Shown: piece after piece, positions 28,732 to 38,275 of the stretch
Layout of the letters: each line of letters opens with the position of its first letter
Position numbering within the stretch: position 1 is the stretch's first letter
From: Thermoanaerobaculia bacterium
GTDB lineage: Bacteria > Acidobacteriota > Thermoanaerobaculia > UBA5066
Direction of reading: 5' to 3'
DNA length: 64,000 nucleotides
NCBI GenBank assembly: GCA_963719225.1
Contig: CAVRAY010000001.1
Span: forward strand, 2,400,001 to 2,464,000
The notes under the pieces: generated by a model
What the model was told of the DNA's origin: nothing
The model's database searches: none
The model's input: only the letters and a program-made list of their open reading frames with translations
Made by a program: the position numbers and the translations under genes

Positions 28732-29697
28732 ATGCGGCCCGCCCCCTCGTGCGCTCCGCGCCAGCCGCCACCCCCTCTCCCCGACGATCCCGCCGGCCTT
28801 TCCAGGGCCGCGATCGAGTCGGCGCTCGCGCACGGCTTCGCCGCCGCCGGCATCCTCGCGGTGACGCGGCCGCTCTCGTTCGACAGGTACCGCGCGTGGC
28901 TCGAGAGCGGATTTCACGGGGAGATGGCGTATCTCGACCGTGACGCGTCCGCGCGCGAGCGCTTCGATTCGATTCTTCCCTACACGCGGGCGGTCCTCGC
29001 GGTCGCGCGCGCCGTGGAGGGCCGCGGGCCGGGCAACGTCGCGCAGTTCGCGCGAGGCGAGGACTACCACCGCGTGGTGCGCAGGTACCTGAAGGCCGTC
29101 ATCGAGGATCTTCGCCCGATCGCCCCCCGCGGCACGCATTTCCGGGTCTGCGTCGACACGGCGCCCCTTCTCGAACGGGACATCGCGGTGCGCGCGGGTC
29201 TCGGCTTCCTTGGCAGAAACGGGCTCTTGATCGTCCCGGGTCTCGGCTCGCACGTGGTCCTCGGAGAGGTCCTGACGGACGCCGCTCTCGCGCCGACCGC
29301 TGCGCCCGCCGATCCGGGCGCGGACCGCTGCGGGACGTGCACGGCCTGCCTCGACGCGTGCCCGACGGCCGCCTTCGTCGCGCCGCGCGTCCTCGATGCG
29401 CGGAAATGCATCTCGTACCTCACGATCGAGAAGAGGACGCCCTTCGCGCCGGAAGAAGAGGCCGCGCTCGAGGGCCGCCTCTTCGGATGCGACGTGTGTC
29501 AGGACGTCTGTCCGTTCAACGCGGCCCGCGGCGTCGCGCCTGGAGGACCGGCGGCCTCACTCGACCCCGAGGAGGTCCTCGCCCTCGGAGCAGACGGCTT
29601 TCGGGCGCGCTTCTTCGGCTCGACGATCTGGCGGGCGACGCACGAAGGCCTCGCGCGGAACGCGTCGGCGGCTCTCCGCCGCGAGGCGTCCCGATGA
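28732..29697 (+). CDS. queG: tRNA epoxyqueuosine(34) reductase
   Basis: ARGEDYH, VDTAPLLER, CGTCTACLDACPT, CISYLTIE and GCDVCQDVCP. Confidence 0.93.
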   Translation: MRPAPSCAPRQPPPPLPDDPAGLSRAAIESALAHGFAAAGILAVTRPLSFDRYRAWLESGFHGEMAYLDRDASARERFDSILPYTRAVLAVARAVEGRGPGNVAQFARGEDYHRVVRRYLKAVIEDLRPIAPRGTHFRVCVDTAPLLERDIAVRAGLGFLGRNGLLIVPGLGSHVVLGEVLTDAALAPTAAPADPGADRCGTCTACLDACPTAAFVAPRVLDARKCISYLTIEKRTPFAPEEEAALEGRLFGCDVCQDVCPFNAARGVAPGGPAASLDPEEVLALGADGFRARFFGSTIWRATHEGLARNASAALRREASR

Positions 29698-30515
29698 GCG
29701 GGACGCAGCTCGTCGTCGCGGGGATCTTCGTCCGCGAAGGACGGCTCCTCATGTCGCGCCGGCCGGACCGCGGGGCGTGGCCGGGGCTCTGGGAGCTGCC
29801 CGGCGGCAAGGTCGAGGACGGGGAGACGCCGGAAGAAGCGCTCGTGAGGGAATGGAAGGAGGAGATGGACGTCACGCCGCTTGCGCTCGCGCCCTGGAGG
29901 TTCGAGACCATCGCGGGGGCGGTGCCGGGAGGCTCCTCGCAGCACGTGACGCTGTTGTTTCTTCGAATTGGGGGGTTGGCCGGCGTGCCGCGCGCCGCCG
30001 CCGTGGACGCCGTGAGGTTCTCGCCCGCGGCGGAGGCCCGCCTTCTCCCCACGCCGCCCGGCGACGCCGCGGCCCTGCGTCATCTCCTCGAGGAGGCCGG
30101 GGGCGGCGACTTCGCGAACACCGAGTCCGACGAAGGGCGGGACCTCGTTCGCGCGCTCGCCTCCCGCTCCCCCTTCATAGAAAACTCCGAATCGATCTCT
30201 TCGATCCGCGCCCTGGCGTTCGACAAGCCGCGGAAGAACGGCGCGGGCGTCGTCTCCGGCCTCCTCGTCGCGACGCCGGACGGTGCGCGCGCCTACCGCA
30301 ACGTCTGCCCCCACGTCTCGATCCCTCTCGACCGCGGCGGCGAGCCTCTTCTCACGGTCGACGGTCTCTTCCTGGTCTGCCGCAACCACGGCGCCCTCTT
30401 CGCGCCGGAGGACGGGTTCTGCGTGGCCGGGCCGTGCGAAGGCGAATCTCTCGTCCCGCTTCCGATCGCGCGGCGCGGGACCGGTTGGGCTCTCGACGAT
30501 GAAGGCACCCGATGA
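29694..30515 (+). CDS. NUDIX (MutT-like) hydrolase fused to a Rieske [2Fe-2S] domain
   Basis: WELPGGKVEDGETPEEALVREWKEE Nudix box; C-terminal NVCPH...VCRNHGALF...GPC. Confidence 0.82.
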   Translation: MSGTQLVVAGIFVREGRLLMSRRPDRGAWPGLWELPGGKVEDGETPEEALVREWKEEMDVTPLALAPWRFETIAGAVPGGSSQHVTLLFLRIGGLAGVPRAAAVDAVRFSPAAEARLLPTPPGDAAALRHLLEEAGGGDFANTESDEGRDLVRALASRSPFIENSESISSIRALAFDKPRKNGAGVVSGLLVATPDGARAYRNVCPHVSIPLDRGGEPLLTVDGLFLVCRNHGALFAPEDGFCVAGPCEGESLVPLPIARRGTGWALDDEGTR

Positions 30516-31789
30516 CGGGAACCCTTCTCCTCGTCCTCTATCTGCTCTGCGCGGCCGCGTCCGCCTTCTTCGCATCCGCCGAGACGGCGATCACTTCCCT
30601 GACCGACGCCGCGATCTTCCGCATGAAGAGCGCGGGCGAGAAGAGCGCCGAGCGTCTCGAGCGCATGCGGGACGAGCTCCCGCGCACGCTCGGAACCCTC
30701 CTCGTCGGGAACACGCTCGCGAACGCCGCCGCCGGTTCGCTCGGCGCCGGCCTCGCGATCTCGGCGTTCGGAGAGAAATGGGGCGTCCTCGTCGCGACCG
30801 TCGTGACGACCCTTCTCCTCCTCGTGGTCTCGGAAGTCACGCCGAAGACGCTTGCCGCGCGGAGGCCCGAACAGGTCGCGGCCCTCTTCGTCGGTCCGAT
30901 CTCGTTTTTCGTCCGCCTCCTCGCGCCCCTGACGCACCTCCTCTCGGCGATCGCGCGGTGGATCCTCGGCCCGTTCGGCGCCGACGAGCCGGCGGACGTC
31001 ACCGGCGAGGACGTCAAGAGCGTCATCAACCTGTCCCGCGAGCAGGGCGGCCTCAAACGCGAGGAGAGCGAGCTCCTCCACGCGGTTCTCGCGTTCGGCC
31101 AGACGCCCGTCAAGGAAGCCATGGTGCCGCGCGCGCGCATCGTCCTCCTCCCGGTCCTCGCCACGTTCGAGCAGGTCGAGGCCGTTTGCCGCGAGCATCG
31201 CTACAGCCGCTATCCGGTCTTTCGGCAGAATACCGACGACATCATCGGGATTCTCCACGTGAAGGACCTCTTCGACGTCTCGGACGCCGACGAAAAGACG
31301 TTCGAGATGAGCCGTCACCTGCGTCCCGCGGTGTTCGTGCCCGAGCTCAAGCGATCCGAGGATCTCTTCAGGGAGATGCGTCGCCGCCGGTTCCACATGG
31401 CGGTCGTGGTGGACGAGAGCGGCGCCGTGGCCGGCCTCGTCACGCTGGAGGACCTCATCGAGCAGATCGTGGGCGACATCTTCGACGAGCACGACGAGCC
31501 GGCGGGACGCCCCGAACGCGACGGCACGTCGCTCCTCGTCGAAGGCGCGTATCCTCTGGCGTCGCTCGAGCGCGATCTGGGGGCCTCGTTCGACGACCCG
31601 GACGACGAGACGGTCGCCGGCCTTCTCCTTCGGAAGTTCGGGCGCATTCCAAGAGCCGGAGCCCGCACACGGGAAGGCGAGATCGAGTTTCTCGTCGAGC
31701 GCGCCTCGCCCCGCGCCATCGAGCGCATCCGCATCCTCCGCGTTCCGGCGGCTCCCCAGGCCGTGCCGGCCGACGCACGAAAGGCCTGA
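30512..31789 (+). CDS. Hemolysin/CNNM family protein (DUF21-CBS-CorC)
   Basis: SAFFASAETA, EVTPKTLA, YSRYPV and GLVTLEDLIEQIVGDIFDE. Confidence 0.92.
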   Translation: MTGTLLLVLYLLCAAASAFFASAETAITSLTDAAIFRMKSAGEKSAERLERMRDELPRTLGTLLVGNTLANAAAGSLGAGLAISAFGEKWGVLVATVVTTLLLLVVSEVTPKTLAARRPEQVAALFVGPISFFVRLLAPLTHLLSAIARWILGPFGADEPADVTGEDVKSVINLSREQGGLKREESELLHAVLAFGQTPVKEAMVPRARIVLLPVLATFEQVEAVCREHRYSRYPVFRQNTDDIIGILHVKDLFDVSDADEKTFEMSRHLRPAVFVPELKRSEDLFREMRRRRFHMAVVVDESGAVAGLVTLEDLIEQIVGDIFDEHDEPAGRPERDGTSLLVEGAYPLASLERDLGASFDDPDDETVAGLLLRKFGRIPRAGARTREGEIEFLVERASPRAIERIRILRVPAAPQAVPADARKA

Positions 31790-31794
31790 AACAC

Positions 31795-32802
31795 GTGACC
31801 GAATCTCCTCGTGTCGTGACCCTGATCCCCGGCGACGGCATCGGACCCGAGATCACCGCCGCCGTGTCCGCCATCCTCGAGGCCGCCGGAGCCGGCCTCG
31901 CCTGGGAGCGCCAGGACGCCGGAGAGGCGAGCATCAAGGTTTCCGGGATGCCGCTTCCTCCCGCCACGATCGCCTCCATCCGGCGGACGAAGGTCTGTCT
32001 CAAGGGACCCGTCACGACGCCCATCGGCACCGGCTTCCGAAGCGTGAACGTGACTCTCCGCCAGGCGCTCGACCTCTACGCGAACCTGCGGCCCGTCAAG
32101 AACGTGCCCGGCGTCGCCTCCCGTTACGGCGATCTCGACCTGGTCGTCGTGCGCGAGAACACGGAGAGCCTCTATTCGGGAATCGAGCACGTCGTCGTGC
32201 CGGGCGTCGTCGAGTCGATCAAGGTCATCACCGAAAAGGCTTCCACGCGCATCGCGCGCTTCGCCTTCGCGTGGGCCCGCGCGAAGGGCCGCAAGAAGGT
32301 GACGATCGTGCACAAGGCGAACATCATGAAGCTCTCGGACGGCCTCTTTCTCGACAGCTGCCGGAACGTCGCCACGGACTTCCCCGACATCGAGGTGAAC
32401 GACGTCATCGTCGACGCGGCCTGCATGAAGCTCGTCATGAACCCGAAGCAGTTCGACATGCTGCTCCTCGACAACCTCTACGGAGACATCGTCAGCGACC
32501 TCGCTTCCGGCCTCGTCGGGGGGCTCGGCATCACGCCCGGAGCGAATCTCGGCGAGACGTGCGCCGTCTTCGAGTCGGTGCACGGCTCGGCTCCCGACAT
32601 CGCCGGCAAGGGCATCGCGAACCCGACGGCGCTCCTTCTCTCGGCCGTGATGATGCTCCGCCACATCGGCGACGAGGCGTGTGCCCGGCGCGTCGAGGGA
32701 GCTCTCTTTGCGGCCCTCGAGGAGGGAGGCGCGAGGACTCGCGATGTCGGCGGGACGGCGACGACACAGCAGTTCGCGCGGGCCGTCGCCGCGAAGCTCT
32801 GA
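31795..32802 (+). CDS. Isocitrate/isopropylmalate dehydrogenase family protein (NAD-dependent IDH-like)
   Basis: IPGDGIGPE, SVNVTLR, VHKANIMK, NLYGDIVSDL and FESVHGSAPDIAGK. Confidence 0.9.
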   Translation: MTESPRVVTLIPGDGIGPEITAAVSAILEAAGAGLAWERQDAGEASIKVSGMPLPPATIASIRRTKVCLKGPVTTPIGTGFRSVNVTLRQALDLYANLRPVKNVPGVASRYGDLDLVVVRENTESLYSGIEHVVVPGVVESIKVITEKASTRIARFAFAWARAKGRKKVTIVHKANIMKLSDGLFLDSCRNVATDFPDIEVNDVIVDAACMKLVMNPKQFDMLLLDNLYGDIVSDLASGLVGGLGITPGANLGETCAVFESVHGSAPDIAGKGIANPTALLLSAVMMLRHIGDEACARRVEGALFAALEEGGARTRDVGGTATTQQFARAVAAKL

Positions 32803-32813
32803 GCGGAGACGCG

Positions 32814-33107
32814 TTGCCCAAGATCGTTTTTTTGAACGAGGGCAAGAGGGCGAACGTCGCCGCCGGCCGGACGGTGCTCGACGTCGCGCTGGAGCTCGGC
32901 GTCGCGATCGGAAACGTCTGCGGCGGGGGCGGGACGTGCTCCACCTGCCGCATCGCGTGCGTCCTCAACCCCGAGAACCTTTCGCCGCTCCAGCCGAACG
33001 AGATCGCCTTCGAGCTCGGAGAAAGCGTGCGACTCGGCTGCCAGGCGCGCATCGAAGGAGACGTGGGGGTTCGCGTCGTGCCGATTCCGAGGGCGATCCT
33101 TGTCTAG
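32814..33107 (+). CDS. [2Fe-2S] ferredoxin
   Basis: CGGGGTCSTC...RLGCQA; TTG start with GGAG upstream. Confidence 0.85.
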   Translation: MPKIVFLNEGKRANVAAGRTVLDVALELGVAIGNVCGGGGTCSTCRIACVLNPENLSPLQPNEIAFELGESVRLGCQARIEGDVGVRVVPIPRAILV

Positions 33108-33810
33108 GCCGTCCATCCGGCGGGCCCTGCGCCGCGCGGGCGCGGAGACGCCGCCGCGCGCGCCGCGCCCCGACGGCCCGCGGAACCTGGACAGGATCCC
33201 GCCGCCGAAGATCTTCCTGCCCGGCGAGACCGAAGCTGCGGGCTTCGTCGACTTCTCGGACGTCTTCGGGCGCGTCGCCCCGGTCGAGATGGAGATCGGC
33301 GTCGGCAAGGGCTCGTTCCTCCTCGCGGCCGCGGCCGCGCGAGGCGATCGGAACTGGTTCGGCCTCGAGATCGAGCCCGAGTACGCCGCGATCGTGCGTC
33401 TCAGGGCCGCGCGGGCGGGCCTCTCGAATCTCCGCGTCGAACGCCTCGACGGCAAGGCGTTCGTGCTGCGCCGGCTTTCCCCCGGATGCCTCGCGGGCCT
33501 TCACGTGTATTTCCCGGATCCGTGGCCCAAGAAACGGCACCACAAGCGCCGTCTCGTGGATGCCCCGTGGGCGGAGGCCGCCGCTCGCTCTCTCGCGCCC
33601 GCGTGCGCTCTGAGGGTCGCCTCGGACCACGAGGAGTACTTCGCGTTGATGGACGAGGTGCTCTCGAAAGAGTCTCTCTTCGAGAAGCTCGCGCCCGAAG
33701 AGGCGGGCGACTGGTCGACGGGAACGAGCTACGAATTGAAATTCCGGAGGACGGGTCGGCCGATCTACAAGGCGGTCTTTCGAAGGCGCGCTTCGGGCTC
33801 GGTGCGCTGA
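33100..33810 (+). CDS. trmB: tRNA (guanine46-N7)-methyltransferase
   Basis: EIGVGKG, FPDPWPKKRHHKRR and TSYELKF. Confidence 0.9.
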   Translation: MSRPSIRRALRRAGAETPPRAPRPDGPRNLDRIPPPKIFLPGETEAAGFVDFSDVFGRVAPVEMEIGVGKGSFLLAAAAARGDRNWFGLEIEPEYAAIVRLRAARAGLSNLRVERLDGKAFVLRRLSPGCLAGLHVYFPDPWPKKRHHKRRLVDAPWAEAAARSLAPACALRVASDHEEYFALMDEVLSKESLFEKLAPEEAGDWSTGTSYELKFRRTGRPIYKAVFRRRASGSVR

Positions 33811-34403
33811 CGCTCCTCGGGCACCGTCGAGACGAGCACAGAGGCTTCCTCGCGCCCTTTTGCGAGGAGCGGCTTGAGGAATTTGCGGAAGTAGTCGATT
33901 CCCGAGATGAGCGCCATCGCGGTCATCACGTAGAGGGCCGCCCGACCCGTCTTGCGCCAGAGACCGATGTCGTCGAGCTTGCCGCCCATGATCATCAGGG
34001 AGATCCCGACGATCTGACTCCCCATCTTCCATTTGCCGAGCTTCGAGGCGGCGATCGTCAGCCCGTGGCTCACGGCGATCGAGCGCAGCCCGGTCACCGC
34101 GAACTCCCGACCGATGATGATGCACACGCACCAGGCGTCGGCCTCCTGCAGGTCGACGAGCGAAATCAGCGCGGCCGAGACCAGGAGCTTGTCCGCGATG
34201 GGGTCCAGGAGCATCCCCATCGTCGTCACTTTCTTGAAGCGTCTCGCCCAGTAGCCGTCCAGCCAGTCCGTGATCGCGGCGAGGAGAAAGACGGCGAGCG
34301 CGAGGTACTCGCGAGCCGGAAGCTTCGTCAGGAGGATGACGACGAGGAGCGGAACGAGAAAAATCCGGAACAGGGTGAGCGCGTTGGGGACGTTGACGAA
34401 CAC
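33765..34403 (-). CDS. pgsA: CDP-diacylglycerol--glycerol-3-phosphate 3-phosphatidyltransferase
   Basis: NVPNALTLFR, TDWLDGYWAR, LDPIADKLL and REFAVTGLR. Confidence 0.92.
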   Translation of the reverse strand: MFVNVPNALTLFRIFLVPLLVVILLTKLPAREYLALAVFLLAAITDWLDGYWARRFKKVTTMGMLLDPIADKLLVSAALISLVDLQEADAWCVCIIIGREFAVTGLRSIAVSHGLTIAASKLGKWKMGSQIVGISLMIMGGKLDDIGLWRKTGRAALYVMTAMALISGIDYFRKFLKPLLAKGREEASVLVSTVPEERQRTEPEARLRKTAL

Positions 34404-34486
34404 CAGACCACGATTCTAGACCCGCGAGCGGTCACGGGGCCGCGCGCTGGACACGCCCCGATCGCTCCCTGACAATCGGCTGCCCC

Positions 34487-35905
34487 ATGGAAAATGCCCC
34501 CATCGTCTTCGGCACCGACGGCTGGCGGGGGCGCATCGCACGCGATCTCACGTTCGACAGCGTTCGCCGCGTCGTGTCCGCAGCTGCCTCGTGGACGATC
34601 GACGAGACGAACGTCGAGCCGGGAGATCCCTGGACGCTCCCGGTCGTCTTCGACACGCGATTCCTCTCCCCGGAGCTGGCCGCCGAGAGCGCTGCGCTCC
34701 TCTCTTCCCTCGGTTTTCGCGTCCTGCTGTCGGACCGCCCCGCTCCGACGCCGTGCGCGTCGTGGCACGTCGCCTCCCGCGGCCTCAGGGCGGGCCTCGC
34801 GATCACGGCGTCCCACAACCCGCCGCCCTGGAACGGCGTGAAGGTGAAATCCTCGTTCGGCGGCAGCGCGACCCCCGCCACGTACGACGCGATCGCCCGA
34901 GCCGTGGACCGGCCCGTGGCGGAAAAGACCGGCGGCTCGGTCGAGACGCTCGACCTCGCCACGCCGTACCGCGATGCGCTCGCGAGCCTCGTCGATCTCG
35001 AGGCGATCCGCGGGGCCGGCCTCAGGGTCCTTTTCGACGCGATCCACGGAGCGGCGGGGACGCTCCTCGAAGCGATCGTCGGCGCCGGCCACCCGACGAC
35101 CGTGGTCTCGCTCCGTGCGAACCGCGATCCGCTCTTCGGCGGAGTCAACCCCGAGCCCATTCCCGAGAATCTCGCCGCGTCGCGGCGGGCGCTCACCGAG
35201 GGTCGCTTCGACGTCGTGCTCGCGAGCGACGGAGACGGCGACCGGCTCGGCGTGCTGGACTCGGGCGGCCGCTTCGTCACGCCGCACCGGATCCTCGCGC
35301 TCCTGGCCGAGAGTCTCACGATTCGCGGTCGCATCCGCGGCGGCATCGCGAAGACGTTCTCGACGTCGCTTCTCCTCGACCGCGTCGCCTCGCGTCTCGG
35401 CGTGGAGCTCCACGTCACGCCGGTGGGCTTCAAGCACATCGCCGCGAAGATGATTTCCGGCGAGGTCGCGATCGGCGGCGAGGAATCGGGCGGCCTGGGC
35501 GTCTCCTTCCACCTGCCCGAGCGCGACGGAGTCCTCTCGGCGCTCCTCGTCCTGGAGGCGATCGCGCACTCGGGCGGGACGCTCGAGACGATGTTGACCC
35601 GACAGGAAGCCGCCTACGGCGCGCTCGCCTACGGCCGCCGGGACCTCCATCTGCCGATGCAGGTCCTGCGCGCTTTCGTCGAGAGCCTGAGGTCCGGTCC
35701 GCCGGCCTCCCGTTGCGGCGAGCGCGTGACGGGCATGGACGACATGGACGGCGTGAAGCTGCTCTTCGGGTCTCGCGGCTGGCTGCTCCACCGGCTCTCC
35801 GGTACGGAGCCCATCATCCGCATCTACGCCGAGCACGAGGATCCGGGGATGATCGCGAAGCTCCTCGACGAGACGGAGGCGGAGCTCGCGAAGCTTCCAA
35901 GTTGA
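34487..35905 (+). CDS. Phosphoglucomutase/phosphomannomutase family protein
   Basis: FGTDGWRG, TASHNP, DGDGDR, GGEESGG and R.SGTEP. Confidence 0.93.
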   Translation: MENAPIVFGTDGWRGRIARDLTFDSVRRVVSAAASWTIDETNVEPGDPWTLPVVFDTRFLSPELAAESAALLSSLGFRVLLSDRPAPTPCASWHVASRGLRAGLAITASHNPPPWNGVKVKSSFGGSATPATYDAIARAVDRPVAEKTGGSVETLDLATPYRDALASLVDLEAIRGAGLRVLFDAIHGAAGTLLEAIVGAGHPTTVVSLRANRDPLFGGVNPEPIPENLAASRRALTEGRFDVVLASDGDGDRLGVLDSGGRFVTPHRILALLAESLTIRGRIRGGIAKTFSTSLLLDRVASRLGVELHVTPVGFKHIAAKMISGEVAIGGEESGGLGVSFHLPERDGVLSALLVLEAIAHSGGTLETMLTRQEAAYGALAYGRRDLHLPMQVLRAFVESLRSGPPASRCGERVTGMDDMDGVKLLFGSRGWLLHRLSGTEPIIRIYAEHEDPGMIAKLLDETEAELAKLPS

Positions 35906-35929
35906 GCCCCGGTCGTCGAGACCGCAGAG

Positions 35930-36204
35930 ATGTTCGTTTCACGGTATGTCGCGGCCCGCGGCGGCTTGGGGAAGATCAAATCGATTCGAACGTTGGTTCT
36001 CCGCGGTCCTCCGCGCGAGGGAGGCAAGCCCGGACGGTTCATGGCCCGAGCGCGGCCTTGTTACTGGCTCGTTGGCGAGCCTTCGGCTCGGCGGGGCGCG
36101 AAACAGAGGCAGTCGCGCAATTTCGAGCCGCGCTCACGATCGATCCCACCTACACGCGGGCGTCCGAAGCGCTCGTGCAGTCGCCGCCGGCGAAAATGAG
36201 ATAA
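35930..36204 (+). pseudogene. Probable degraded gene fragments
   Basis: One frame gives RYVAARGGLGKIKSIRTL and another gives a TPR-like AVAQFRAALTIDPTY. No intact gene; codon usage is atypical. Confidence 0.35.
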
Positions 36205-36216
36205 CGCGGCAACACG

Positions 36217-37491
36217 CTACCGCGCGTCGGCGAGGACGAATCCGGAACCGCTGAAGCGCATCGAGGCGCCCGCGCCGAGGCCCGCGAGCGGATCGGACTC
36301 CGAGAGGAGCTCGGGCAGGACGTCTCCCCCGTAGGCGACGACGGCGCGCGCGGCAATGGCGAGCGGCTGACCCTGCGTGACCTCGAATCGGGCCGGCTCG
36401 GACGAGACCGCGAGCGCCACGGCCCCGCTGCCCGACAGCTTCAGGAAGGGAGGCGCCGTGCGGTCACCCGCGTCCGGCGTTACGTCCGCGCGGCACGAGA
36501 GGGCGCTCTCGAACGCGAGCAGCCTCTCGGGATGGACCGAGAGGGTCTCGCTCGCGAGCGCCTTGAGCCACGGCACGCGGCCCGGATCCGCCACGAGCAG
36601 GATGCCGTCGCCCGACGCGCCGACGAGGATTCGGTCGAGGCCGTCGGGCGTGGCAGCCGGAGAGCTGTCGATCACCGGCGATCCCGAGCGGCCCACCACG
36701 ATTCCGCGCCGCACGCGCACGCCGCTCGCGCAGGAAACGGAAAGGAATCCGCCGGGCTTCGGGGAGAAGGGTCCGAGAGGCCGGGCCACGGCCGGCGCGG
36801 CGGTCTCCAGCCCGGCCAGAATGGCCATGGAGGGCCGCGGCCTCACACCCGAGGAGATCTTGTTCTTGCCGCTCGCCGTGAGGGAGTCCAGCGGCTCGGG
36901 CTTTACCATCGGGCTCGGCCGGGTGTCGGCCGGGGAGGGGCTCTTCGCCGTCGCGATCCGCACCTCGGCCGCCGCGGCGCGCGCCGTGCGGGCGACCGAG
37001 TCGTCTCCCTCGGCCCCGTCCTTGAGCTCCGCGCCCGCCATCTTGAAATGCCGCTGCGCTTCGTCCCAGGCTCCCCGCCGCTGCGCGACGAGTCCCAGCG
37101 TCAGATGCGCCTTGCGATGCGCCGGCGCGAACCCGAGGACCTTCTCGAGCGGCTCTCGCGCGTCGCGATCCCGGCCCGACTTGAACAGGATGAGGCCGAG
37201 GTTGAACAACAGCGGAACCGACTCGGCATGCTCGTTGAGGAGATCGCGCGTCATCGTCTCGGCCTCGTCGTACTGGCCCAGATGGAAGAGCGTGATCGAG
37301 AGATTGAGCAGGACTTCGGGGTCGCGGGGGCGCAACCGCCGCGCCTCCTCGAACTCGCGCCGCGCGGTCTCGTGGTAACCGCGGGCCATCTCCTCCTTGC
37401 CGCGGTTCAGGTGGAGGAGGAAGAGTCCGTGGTCGAAGAAGGGCGCGGGTCTGAAGGCCCTGGTCGTCTCTGATCCCCGCGTGGCCGCCAT
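36217..37491 (-). CDS. TPR protein with AIM24-like C-terminal region
   Basis: N-terminal TPRs (HLNRG, LFNLGL); C-terminal GDGILLVAD, LLAFE, LSGSGAVAL and FSGSGFVL beta motifs. Confidence 0.72.
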   Translation of the reverse strand: MAATRGSETTRAFRPAPFFDHGLFLLHLNRGKEEMARGYHETARREFEEARRLRPRDPEVLLNLSITLFHLGQYDEAETMTRDLLNEHAESVPLLFNLGLILFKSGRDRDAREPLEKVLGFAPAHRKAHLTLGLVAQRRGAWDEAQRHFKMAGAELKDGAEGDDSVARTARAAAAEVRIATAKSPSPADTRPSPMVKPEPLDSLTASGKNKISSGVRPRPSMAILAGLETAAPAVARPLGPFSPKPGGFLSVSCASGVRVRRGIVVGRSGSPVIDSSPAATPDGLDRILVGASGDGILLVADPGRVPWLKALASETLSVHPERLLAFESALSCRADVTPDAGDRTAPPFLKLSGSGAVALAVSSEPARFEVTQGQPLAIAARAVVAYGGDVLPELLSESDPLAGLGAGASMRFSGSGFVLADAR

Positions 37492-37507
37492 TCCGCCCCC
37501 GTCCGCC

Positions 37508-38242
37508 TCAGCGCACCCGCCCGAGCAGAGGAGCCTGTCGTTCCGTGAGGTCGACGGCCGTGTTCGAAAGGACCGCCATGCCGTTCATGCTCGAGACGCG
37601 GATCGGAGCCGCCGGCCTCGTCGGCGTTCCCCGGAAGCCGCCGCCGAACGCAGGCCCAGCTGCGCCCTCTCCGTGCCGCGCGACCAGGACGCGCCGGATG
37701 TACTCGCGCGTTTCGCGGTATGGCGGCACGCCGGAGTGGTGCGTCACGGCGTTCTCGCCGGCGTTGTAACCCGCGAGCGCGAGGGTGACGTCGCCCTTGA
37801 ACTGCTCGAGAAGGGCGGCGAGGTATCTCACGCCCGCGCGAATGCTCTGTCCCGCGTCATTCCGGTCGGAGACGCCGAACCTCATGGCCGTGCCCGGCAT
37901 GAGCTGCATGAGGCCGCGGGCGCCCTTCCGCGACGCGGCGCGCGGGTTGAAGTTGGACTCCACGAGCATGACGCTCTTGACGAGCGCCGCGTCGACGCCC
38001 GCCGCGCGCGACTCGCTCGCGATCGTCGCGTCGTACGGAGACGGCGTGTTCCGGCGTTCGACGAGGTAGGCGTCCGAAGGCACGCCCCCGTTCACGCGCC
38101 AGCCGCTGCCGACCTTGTCGTTGAAGATCAGCGCCGAGCCGTTCGACTGCCGCACGAGATGGACGTCTGCTTGCAGGACCCCCGCCGCCGCGAGCACAGC
38201 GACCACCGACACCCGGGTCAGAACGATCCCGCGAGACAGCAT
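37508..38242 (-). CDS. Lytic transglycosylase (SLT domain)
   Basis: VESNFNPRAAS, GARGLMQLMP, AGYNAGE and PPYRETREY. Confidence 0.92.
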   Translation of the reverse strand: MLSRGIVLTRVSVVAVLAAAGVLQADVHLVRQSNGSALIFNDKVGSGWRVNGGVPSDAYLVERRNTPSPYDATIASESRAAGVDAALVKSVMLVESNFNPRAASRKGARGLMQLMPGTAMRFGVSDRNDAGQSIRAGVRYLAALLEQFKGDVTLALAGYNAGENAVTHHSGVPPYRETREYIRRVLVARHGEGAAGPAFGGGFRGTPTRPAAPIRVSSMNGMAVLSNTAVDLTERQAPLLGRVR

Positions 38243-38275
38243 TGCCCGAAGATTATAGCCCAGCGGGGTACAGCC

